From IMG/VR virus record IMGVR_UViG_3300023172_000172, positions 1 to 25,887 of that record: DNA of 25,887 nt. One strand, given 5' to 3'. The notes beneath the pieces were generated by a model. The model made no database searches, had not been told where the DNA came from, and saw only the letters and a program-made list of their open reading frames with translations. This DNA is from a virus (taxonomy: Duplodnaviria > Caudoviricetes). Of this stretch, positions 8,633 through 16,924 are shown piece after piece; the stretch's first letter is position 1, and every line of letters begins with the position of its first letter. The position numbers and the translations under genes are program-made.

Positions 8633-11600
8633 TTATGCAGTTAAATCTGTTAATATTAAATCGGTTGGAGCTTCTGGAATCGCCATATCTGCCTGAGGAG
8701 GAATTGGAATCACAGGTCTTCTGACTATACTTTTTTTATCAACTGAATCGAATTTAGCTTGAACATATTCTAAACCAGTAACCTCATATTTATTTTCATC
8801 CATTTCTTTTACACTCATAGTTCTAAATAATTGCCCCTCAAGAATAGAAGAGCTTCCATCCACAGCTTTTTGAATAAAGAGTATATTCCCCCCAGTAACA
8901 GAGAACCCACTTGTTGACGCAGCTGATGAAGAATTAATTAACTCAAAAACTGATTTTGATATTTTAATCAACCTCCATTTTGGCGGAGTACTAGTCCATT
9001 TATTTCCACTGTAGGTATAGGAATTATTTATTGCGGAAGCGCCCGTTCCTGAAGCACCATTAATATATACAAATTGCCCATCTGGAATTTCTACATTACT
9101 AGATGAATCTAAAGTAATTCTAACAGATTGTACATTTTGTTTTGCGTCATTTGCGGAGACGACAGAATAAGAAGATATATTTATATTTTTAGAATCGGGA
9201 TGACTTTCTAATCTTTGATATGGATTTACTGTTGATTGGTTTGGTGGAGTAGAAGATGTCGACACCTTACCTTGCCTCGTAGTAACTTCTTCCTGAAGAG
9301 CAACATAATAACCAACTCCAGAAGCGACTTGTACAATAACATACTTTGCATTATTAATTGAGTATTTCTCGCCAACAGATTTCGATGTATCAGTGTCCCA
9401 AATAAATAATTCGACAAGAATATTAAAACTATCATAAAGCGGGCTGACCCATCCGTTAGCAGTAGATGAATTTTCATGAATTTTCGAAAAATACCAAAAT
9501 TGATCCTTTATGCCCTCTGCTGTATAAATCCAGCCCAGATCAGCATCATCACGACCATAAAACCAAATATTGTTGGTTAGATTATTAAGATAATCTTCGG
9601 AAAAATAAATCCACCCAAAGTTGATCACGTAGGTCCATGGACCCTTTGGTACTATATTACCCAACCAATAAGAATGTTTCCATCCACTACCATCACCATA
9701 ATCTAAAGTAACCCCAAAAACATCTTGTTCTGTCGCAGTTAAGCCAGAACCCGAACTTAAAGCCACAATGCCTTTTGCAGACCATGTAGATCCAATACTG
9801 ATTTGATCCAACGCCTCTTTGGTTCTTTGCTCGTCTTGAGGAAGAACATAATGCAGCCCTCCTTCGTTTCCAAGAATATCAAATCCATTATTATAGACTT
9901 CAACAGCTGACCCAGAAGAAGTCTCAGAGACCTGAAAAGTATGCTTTGTGACATTAATTATATAATATGCCCGCTCGTCATATTTTGAAGGGTTCAGTCC
10001 TCCAGGAAGAATGCCGTTTGAGTTAAATGCAACCCTATCGCCATTATCAAAATTATGATTAAAAGATACAAATAAATTTTGACCCAAGTCCACCTCGATG
10101 GGTATCTTTAATTGCAGATCCACTGCTCTTGATTTTTGTCCTTGCGGCCCTTTTTTTCCTTCATAGTCAGAATAATCAATTCGACAATTAAACCTTATAA
10201 TTTGAGGGGTAAAAACAGACTCAATTTCTGCGTCTTGATCCTTATCAGATTTCTCAAAGGGCGCCCTCAAAGATACATTCTCTTCTGTTTCATTAGACAT
10301 GCCCACACAAACCGCAAGCTCTACGCTTGAAACAAAAGGCTCTTTTGTTAGACTTTTATCTAATAATATATACGGATTATCTACCTCTATAACACCATCA
10401 CTTTGCAGGTTTCCGCTCCCATCGGTTATTGTTCTTGTATAATATTGTTTATCTTGAATATCTAAAACCCTTCCGCTTTTTAATTTCCCCGCTCTCGCTT
10501 CATCAGAAACTTCGAATATTGCCCCGGGAAATAAATAGGACGCTTCTGCACCCGCCTGAAACGAAACTGTTTCTATTTCTAACTGAGTGGTAAAAAGTAT
10601 CCACTTCGCTAAACGCCTGGCTTGGCTTTGAGAAGTGATACCAAATCCCATTGTTTCTTCTTCTTTATACCCAAATCTTTGTATTGCCTCAGCATCTTCT
10701 TCTACAATTACGTCTGGCTTGAAGTTATTGTCCTTATTATTATAACGAACCAAAGATGTTGTTACCTTCTGATTCTTACTCACGCCATTATAATTAAATC
10801 CTTCAATCCCTACATTTGAATTAGTAAACAATTGAACCGGATTCTTATATGAATCCTGTACAGCAACTATTTTTCCGCCGCTATAAGTACTAATTCCCCT
10901 AAAAATAGACGCGAAATTATTTATAATCTGAAGCGCTTCATTTCTATCTGTTAGATATAAATTAGCAGTGAATCTTGGCTCTACCAATGGATGATTCAAC
11001 TGTACGGCACACGCACCAACTGTGATATTTGAAGAATTTGTAGCGGATAAATTTTTAAAACTAGGGCCACTTACAGTAATTGTTTGATTTTCTGCATCAG
11101 AAGAAAGTATAACCCTTTCCTCAATTAATATCTCCCCCTCTCTGAATGCGGAGTCTTTTTTTGCGCGAATTCCGCCCAGTGTATTTGTAGATATAAAAAA
11201 TGCCATCTTTTTTCCAGCAAAAGATTGCTTGTCGCCAAACTCTTTTTTAAAATCAGGAATCTGTTCAGTTCTCGTAACATTAAGCGCTGAATCCAAGTAA
11301 TGCCCAGAAGAATCGATTTTTATTTGAAAACTCTCCTCCCCAGAATTTAATGTTTCAAAATTCCTAGGTAGGCCAGAGCTAGTCTCAAAAGGATAATCTG
11401 TCTCGACGAGTTGGTCGCAGTATTTTGCAATTTTATATAACTGCCATTTATCAATATTTTCTTCATTAAGTCCGAATTTACCAACCCCATATCTGGCATT
11501 ATGCAATAAGTCGTAATAAATCCAAGCAGGATTATCGCTCCAATATTTATCCTCATCACTTATTGAATGAACAGAAGCTAGAGCATCAGCCTGTCCTTTA

Positions 11601-13210
11601 AATAATCCATTCCAAGGACCATCATATTTTCTAGTAACTGGATCATAATTACTAGGAATAAGAATTTTTTTCATTTTTACATGATATGACCTCTCTGGAA
11701 TTTGACTAAAATTTTTACTATCAAATTTTATTTTACATATTGCACTATGAGGATATAATAAATCTTCAATTACTGACTCTGTAACAGAAATAAAATTTAG
11801 AACCTTAGTTTTTGCAATCCCCCCGAGAGTGCCACCTCGAGCGGTGGAGTCCAATTCATTACTCAATTTAACCAATTTAAATGTAACTCCTTTTGACTTT
11901 ATCCTTGGCACAATATAGTCAACAACAATATCAAATTCATATTCATCAGTAGCGATCCCTCTAACAATAAAAGAAGTTTCTCCATTTTTCATCAAGCCGG
12001 TGCCTGGGCTATCAGAATTATACGCAGGAATATCAACTTCTGCCCCTTGACTCCGAGTCTTTATCTTGCAGCCGGATGAGCTAGATAATATATTATGCTC
12101 TTCATCATCCTTGAGTATATTTACTGCGAAAGATATTGATGTCGGACCATTACTACCATCATCATTTTGAATTTGTAACGCAACGCCCAAATTTAATGTC
12201 ACCCTTGACACATTCTCATTAGCCACAAAATGAGTTAGTATTTTTGCATTATTTTTTATTGCGTCATTAAAATCTGCTCGACTCTCTTTCTTTTCAGGGT
12301 TATTTACATATGGCCCAGCTCCATAAAATTTTGTTCCATATTCAAGAGTCATGGTTGTTTCGGCAGATAAAACTCTAGACTCTTCTTCTTTACCGAGCTG
12401 TATTTCGGGCAACTCTCCATTTTCATTTAGTATAAAATTTAACGAACCTTCCCCAGAGCCATCACTGTCGGTATTTTTTATCTGTACATTATTCAAGAAT
12501 ATGCCCTCTCTTATATCTCCACCAGATATTGGTCCGCCATTTATATTTACGAAACCTTCTATTGGTCCCTCTGATAACAATTCCATGTATTCGATGTCTG
12601 AATAAGATTCAAGAGTATTAGCATTTTCCTTGACAGATCTATAAGTTTTTTTATTTTGAGCTATATTAGTTGAACCTATTTTTAATCTTCCGTAACCTAA
12701 CGGAACAGCAACCCCTTGATTTGTTCTATTTTCTGAGCCCCTCAGCAAAAAAGATTTTGTTGTTGTGGGCTCACCTCTTTTTGGCGGCTTAAAGAGAGAC
12801 TTCATTATTGCACCAACAACAAAAGAAATTGCAACCGCAGCAACTATCTTACCTAATAATTTCAATCCGGTAATTTTTCCTGCTGCATCCAGTACAAAAA
12901 ATAGTGGCATGAGGGGACCCGAGCCTTGAACACGCGGACATATATGAATTTCTTTTTTATCTTGTATTAAATCAATTTTTTCTTTATTGATTGAGTGTTC
13001 GACAAGGTCTTCTTTTGAATTGATCTTTTTAGGATCTTTTGTAAAAATATAGTATTCTACCCCTTTTTTTTCTGTATCAATTAAATACTCAAGAAACCCA
13101 CTATTATTAGACTCCAAGGCATGAAAAGCTTCGGCAGGAGTGCGCACGGCAAGGTTCCACTTTTCGCCAAAGCGTTTACCTAATTTACCATGTAAATATA
13201 CCGTCTTCAC
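8633..13210 (-). CDS. Fusion of gpI-like ubiquitin-fold tail assembly domain and gpJ-like tail tip/host-specificity protein
   Basis: The N-terminus VYLHGKLGKRFG...AVRTPAEAFHAL...IHICPRVQGSG, a hydrophobic stretch and QGVAVPLGYGRLKIGS are gpI-like. gpJ motifs follow: LLSEGPIEG, LYPHSA, FSQIPERSY, IPSNYDPVTRKYDGPWNGLFK, WSDNPAWIYYDLL...RYG, IDKWQLYKIAKYCDQLV, EPRFTAN, GITSQSQARRLAKWIL, SGRV, YEVTGLEY. GTG start with AAGGA upstream. Confidence 0.9.
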   Translation of the reverse strand: MKTVYLHGKLGKRFGEKWNLAVRTPAEAFHALESNNSGFLEYLIDTEKKGVEYYIFTKDPKKINSKEDLVEHSINKEKIDLIQDKKEIHICPRVQGSGPLMPLFFVLDAAGKITGLKLLGKIVAAVAISFVVGAIMKSLFKPPKRGEPTTTKSFLLRGSENRTNQGVAVPLGYGRLKIGSTNIAQNKKTYRSVKENANTLESYSDIEYMELLSEGPIEGFVNINGGPISGGDIREGIFLNNVQIKNTDSDGSGEGSLNFILNENGELPEIQLGKEEESRVLSAETTMTLEYGTKFYGAGPYVNNPEKKESRADFNDAIKNNAKILTHFVANENVSRVTLNLGVALQIQNDDGSNGPTSISFAVNILKDDEEHNILSSSSGCKIKTRSQGAEVDIPAYNSDSPGTGLMKNGETSFIVRGIATDEYEFDIVVDYIVPRIKSKGVTFKLVKLSNELDSTARGGTLGGIAKTKVLNFISVTESVIEDLLYPHSAICKIKFDSKNFSQIPERSYHVKMKKILIPSNYDPVTRKYDGPWNGLFKGQADALASVHSISDEDKYWSDNPAWIYYDLLHNARYGVGKFGLNEENIDKWQLYKIAKYCDQLVETDYPFETSSGLPRNFETLNSGEESFQIKIDSSGHYLDSALNVTRTEQIPDFKKEFGDKQSFAGKKMAFFISTNTLGGIRAKKDSAFREGEILIEERVILSSDAENQTITVSGPSFKNLSATNSSNITVGACAVQLNHPLVEPRFTANLYLTDRNEALQIINNFASIFRGISTYSGGKIVAVQDSYKNPVQLFTNSNVGIEGFNYNGVSKNQKVTTSLVRYNNKDNNFKPDVIVEEDAEAIQRFGYKEEETMGFGITSQSQARRLAKWILFTTQLEIETVSFQAGAEASYLFPGAIFEVSDEARAGKLKSGRVLDIQDKQYYTRTITDGSGNLQSDGVIEVDNPYILLDKSLTKEPFVSSVELAVCVGMSNETEENVSLRAPFEKSDKDQDAEIESVFTPQIIRFNCRIDYSDYEGKKGPQGQKSRAVDLQLKIPIEVDLGQNLFVSFNHNFDNGDRVAFNSNGILPGGLNPSKYDERAYYIINVTKHTFQVSETSSGSAVEVYNNGFDILGNEGGLHYVLPQDEQRTKEALDQISIGSTWSAKGIVALSSGSGLTATEQDVFGVTLDYGDGSGWKHSYWLGNIVPKGPWTYVINFGWIYFSEDYLNNLTNNIWFYGRDDADLGWIYTAEGIKDQFWYFSKIHENSSTANGWVSPLYDSFNILVELFIWDTDTSKSVGEKYSINNAKYVIVQVASGVGYYVALQEEVTTRQGKVSTSSTPPNQSTVNPYQRLESHPDSKNINISSYSVVSANDAKQNVQSVRITLDSSSNVEIPDGQFVYINGASGTGASAINNSYTYSGNKWTSTPPKWRLIKISKSVFELINSSSAASTSGFSVTGGNILFIQKAVDGSSSILEGQLFRTMSVKEMDENKYEVTGLEYVQAKFDSVDKKSIVRRPVIPIPPQADMAIPEAPTDLILTDLTA

Positions 13211-13236
13211 TTCCTTATACCTAGATATCTATACAC
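13211..13236 (-). promoter_or_regulatory. Putative late promoter/RBS element upstream of the gpI-J gene
   Basis: The minus strand reads GTGTATA-GATATCT-AGGTATAAGG-AA-GTG. The same GTGTATA and AGG(A/T)ATAAGG elements precede the TMP gene. Confidence 0.4.
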
Positions 13237-13600
13237 CTACATTCTCATATACAAAAAAACTATCTTCACTTAAGCTATATATTAAAAAAGGTATACATAA
13301 TTCATCCGAAAACAACTTGTCCATTTCAGAAGGAAAAGGTCCGCTGTTTACATGAGAATGATAAACGCATAATACTTTATTTTCTATTAAAATTTTATTA
13401 TCTATTAGAAAATGAACATGCTTTTTCTCACTCAAGTTTTTGCAAGGTAAAAACTCAACAACATCAGATTCTATTATCAACCCACAAGATTCTTCTTCTT
13501 TTAAAGAATGAGCATAATCTTTAATTTTTAAAAGTAGACTTTTATTTAAAAAACTATACCGCTTCAGGTCTATGTTTATCTGTTCCAGGAAAACCTCCAA
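13229..13600 (-). CDS. JAB/JAMM (Mov34/MPN) metalloprotease, gpK-like tail assembly protein lacking the NlpC/P60 domain
   Basis: EESCGLI...PCKNLS...F.ID...YHSH...PSEMD gives an intact E-HxH-S-D JAMM motif. It sits between the L and I/J genes as in lambda. The start codon is uncertain (TTG inside gpL). Confidence 0.85.
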   Translation of the reverse strand: MEVFLEQINIDLKRYSFLNKSLLLKIKDYAHSLKEEESCGLIIESDVVEFLPCKNLSEKKHVHFLIDNKILIENKVLCVYHSHVNSGPFPSEMDKLFSDELCIPFLIYSLSEDSFFVYENVGV

Positions 13601-14645
13601 ATCTTATACCCGGATAAGTTTTATCAATTTTATTATAGTCAGATAAACTGCCAGGCGAAAATCTTTTTTTGCACGCCTCCAAAGTTTTATTGCATTCATC
13701 TTTTGCCCAAAAATTTTTATCAAAAAACGGATGGTGCGCACTAGCTAAAGCATGCCCCTGAACACACACAAAAACTGACGGAGTAGACTTGTACGGATTA
13801 TCTGCATTTCTTGGAGTAATTTTCACAACGTCTCCTAAATCATAACCTCTAAGATCAACCTCTGTACCATTCTTTCCATAACTGCTCCAAGAATCAACAT
13901 CATCAATTCCATTAGGGTAACGTACTGGCACTACAGTCCCAGTACTTCCAGACTCTTTTGAAAACCCAGACGTTAAAGATTCTGTTGATGCAGTTTCAAT
14001 AGGAAGTCCCTTGTATCCACACCCTATTGAACATCTATATACCCAGCCGCAATAATTTGGCAGTACAATTCTGGCAGGAACTTCTGTTCCCTCTAGCTCC
14101 AACGAAGATACAAGCTCAAACTGTATAATGTTTTTATTTTCTGAGCTTTTCTTGTTAATAAAAAAAACATCATCAGGATAATGCGAATTCGGATCCGCCT
14201 CGCCAAAAGGATTTTTTCCAGCATCATTTTTAGTTCCTGGATCAATAAAATTATCATCATCTAAAAAACGAGCGAATGTTCTTTTTCTTGTCACCTTGCA
14301 ATTCGCAAAGTCAAAATTTGCATGAACAATTTTGGACAATAGACCTTCAGGGTTTGCAATTGTAATCTTCGGCCTCGGAAGACGCCCGTCGCCTTGTTGC
14401 TCAAAACCCTCCATTGCAACTGGGAGAGGCTGAAATGCTTTGCCCTGCCAATATACTGGATTAGATGAATTTTTCATTGGGCAAAAACGATAAACAGTAT
14501 CTGCACCAAAATTTGCACCAAGTACATCCTTAAACATTTCAAAATTAGGCTGCAAATTACTAAAATCAATTTCATACAAATCTATCAAAGTATCTGGAGT
14601 TAAAGATACCAATGCTTTGTTAAAATTTGATTGAGCCTTAGACAT
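13554..14645 (-). CDS. Lambda gpL-like minor tail (tail tip) protein with Fe-S-type Cys cluster
   Basis: IDLYEID, VYWQGKAFQPLP..EGFE..GDGRLPRPKITIAN, VTRKRTFARFLD..NF, ADP, FEL.S.LE, PAR, C.W.YR...C.Y, D.C.K....CKKRF and FGGFPG are the classic gpL motifs. Confidence 0.92.
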   Translation of the reverse strand: MSKAQSNFNKALVSLTPDTLIDLYEIDFSNLQPNFEMFKDVLGANFGADTVYRFCPMKNSSNPVYWQGKAFQPLPVAMEGFEQQGDGRLPRPKITIANPEGLLSKIVHANFDFANCKVTRKRTFARFLDDDNFIDPGTKNDAGKNPFGEADPNSHYPDDVFFINKKSSENKNIIQFELVSSLELEGTEVPARIVLPNYCGWVYRCSIGCGYKGLPIETASTESLTSGFSKESGSTGTVVPVRYPNGIDDVDSWSSYGKNGTEVDLRGYDLGDVVKITPRNADNPYKSTPSVFVCVQGHALASAHHPFFDKNFWAKDECNKTLEACKKRFSPGSLSDYNKIDKTYPGIRFGGFPGTDKHRPEAV

Positions 14646-16924
14646 TATTTTTCACTTCCCACGAATACCTTTAAAATTCCTTCCTGCGGAGAGTACGCAG
14701 TCGAACTATCGATTTGAATGGTACCATTATTATATTGATTTGTTCCTAAAATTACAATTTCATTATTACTTGCATCAACAATATTATCAGTTCCATCAGA
14801 TATATTTATATTTAAATCACCTACAGTTACTCCTGCATATACAACATCAATATATGCACTATCTCCACCAGGAATTGAAGATACTGTGTTGTTTTTAAAG
14901 AACTGCTCTACAACATAATCTCCAATAATAAATTCAGACTGAGATGGTTCATTTATTCCTGATCTAATTTCACCACGATTATTTTGAAAAAAAGTATTTG
15001 GAACACCATTCACTACATCGGTAATAAACTTTGTTGGATCTGTTGGATCTTGATTAACCAAAGTAAACATTTGTCCGCCATCAGATAAACCATGAGTGTA
15101 TGCCTTACTAAGCTTGGCATATCTACCTGCCAAATTAAATGGAAAATTGCCATTAGACGGTATTTGAAAAATATAGTCACTAGAAGATATATTTTCCAGA
15201 ACAGCAGGGACATTTGAACCAATTTGTCCTACTATAGAAAACGTAGATGATACAGATGCAGAATTTAATGTAACACTTGTGTCACCTATATTTTGAAGCT
15301 TTAATCTAGCTTTGCATTTTTCACCAGGAACTATGACTTCTCCATCTCCTTGCAAAGAAAATGCTATCGGAGAAGTAAAAATCAACTCTCCCGGACTCAA
15401 TATAGGAGGAGTTTCTAGTGATGAATATTGCTCCGCATCCATATTAAATGGATACTGTTCAAATGTAGCAGAAATACTATGATTATTCTTGTGATTATAA
15501 GTATGAGTCCATTCTTCGCAGATAAAATTTTGCGTAGTTTCATACGGAGCAGGAGGACTAAAGTTAAACGGAATGCAGCCATAATGCTGCTCAAGGAAGT
15601 GAAGTATTGCTCTAGCCTCATCATCTTCTCGATTATTAAAGTTTAAATTTAATTTCAATAAACTTTCATTGATTCCATCTTCATATACTTGAGTATATCC
15701 ATTTCTTACGCTAATCTCACTTACTCTCGGATTCTGTTGTACCTCTAATCCCAAAGAGGGTTTCCAAAAGAAATCGCGAGTCCAGTAATTTTTATTGATA
15801 TCTGAATAATTTCCGCTGCTACGAGTCCATTCATCATTTTGTTGAGCAGGAGGCTTGTTACTTGCAGATGAATCACTATGCCAATAATAATGCTTTAAAT
15901 TTCCAGTATAAAAAGCAATATCATTTTTTTCATACAATAAAGTAGGATCATATGTTTCCGCTCCACCAACTATCCATCCACCACTAACACTTCTTCTCAA
16001 CAAAGATGTATCCAAATTCCTTATTTTCAAGGACACATCATTACTATTTTCAAAATTCAAAGAATGATTAAATTCATTACAATAAAAAGTTTTTGATTGA
16101 TTTTCTGTTGTATCGTATGGATGAAATGAAGAAGCGCCGTCCCATCTAAAACCAGATATTCCTTGCTTGTATCTCAAGTTTGGACTCGGGGAATCTTTTT
16201 CGAGTTGGCCCAAATGATTTTCCACAAAATGTATTATTGCATTTGCTTCTCTATTTGTTCGATTTTTAAATTTAAGATCAACCTCGAAACTTAAAGAATT
16301 GATTGATTTTGGCTGAACAATGTAGTATCCATTTCCATACTGATGTCTATAATTATTTGCCTTGAAAGATGCGCTTGACCCATAATCTGCATCAAAGAAA
16401 AACAAATCTGTGCTCCACAAGTCTGGATTCAAAGATGGGTCGGCATTTATTGTGGATATTGTAATTGATTGACTAGATGCCTCCTCAAAAGCCTCGATAG
16501 AATAATTCTCAGAAACAGGCCTTACTTGGATTGCCGAACCAGTTATCGAAGGATCATTATTTAAAGCGAGAACATCTTTTTGAACACTAATTATTCTATA
16601 TCTACCATCACCAGACAAAGAGCCATCAAGATCAATTATATTTCCAGGATAAAAAGATGCATTTTGATCATCTGTCCTATTTAAAGAATCAACAATATAA
16701 TGATCATTATTTGGGCCATCTGGAACCAAGTGATATCGATTTAATGCTGTAACCGAAACGCCGCCACCAAAAGTTAAATCTTCTCTGGCATAATAAAACA
16801 ATCCATCTCCAGTATTATATACAAAATCAAATTGCTTATAATTTGCGCCAGTCTCGAAGTAGCCGCTGTAATTTGTTACATGACTTCTTCTTCCAAAGAC
16901 TTCGTCTATTTTTTCTCTGCTCAT
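14645..16924 (-). CDS. Distal tail protein with two tandem lambda gpM-like domains plus accessory CBM-like and Ig-like domains
   Basis: Two copies of FF..S.G....NGY....IN.L....L.F.NR...EA.AI.HF.E.H.G. The second copy ends F.F.PP.PY....F.CEEW.HTY....SISATFEQ. The C-terminus is Ig-like (LKLQNIGDTSVTL...IPGG.S..IDV.Y...GTIQIDS). Confidence 0.8.
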   Translation of the reverse strand: MSREKIDEVFGRRSHVTNYSGYFETGANYKQFDFVYNTGDGLFYYAREDLTFGGGVSVTALNRYHLVPDGPNNDHYIVDSLNRTDDQNASFYPGNIIDLDGSLSGDGRYRIISVQKDVLALNNDPSITGSAIQVRPVSENYSIEAFEEASSQSITISTINADPSLNPDLWSTDLFFFDADYGSSASFKANNYRHQYGNGYYIVQPKSINSLSFEVDLKFKNRTNREANAIIHFVENHLGQLEKDSPSPNLRYKQGISGFRWDGASSFHPYDTTENQSKTFYCNEFNHSLNFENSNDVSLKIRNLDTSLLRRSVSGGWIVGGAETYDPTLLYEKNDIAFYTGNLKHYYWHSDSSASNKPPAQQNDEWTRSSGNYSDINKNYWTRDFFWKPSLGLEVQQNPRVSEISVRNGYTQVYEDGINESLLKLNLNFNNREDDEARAILHFLEQHYGCIPFNFSPPAPYETTQNFICEEWTHTYNHKNNHSISATFEQYPFNMDAEQYSSLETPPILSPGELIFTSPIAFSLQGDGEVIVPGEKCKARLKLQNIGDTSVTLNSASVSSTFSIVGQIGSNVPAVLENISSSDYIFQIPSNGNFPFNLAGRYAKLSKAYTHGLSDGGQMFTLVNQDPTDPTKFITDVVNGVPNTFFQNNRGEIRSGINEPSQSEFIIGDYVVEQFFKNNTVSSIPGGDSAYIDVVYAGVTVGDLNINISDGTDNIVDASNNEIVILGTNQYNNGTIQIDSSTAYSPQEGILKVFVGSEK

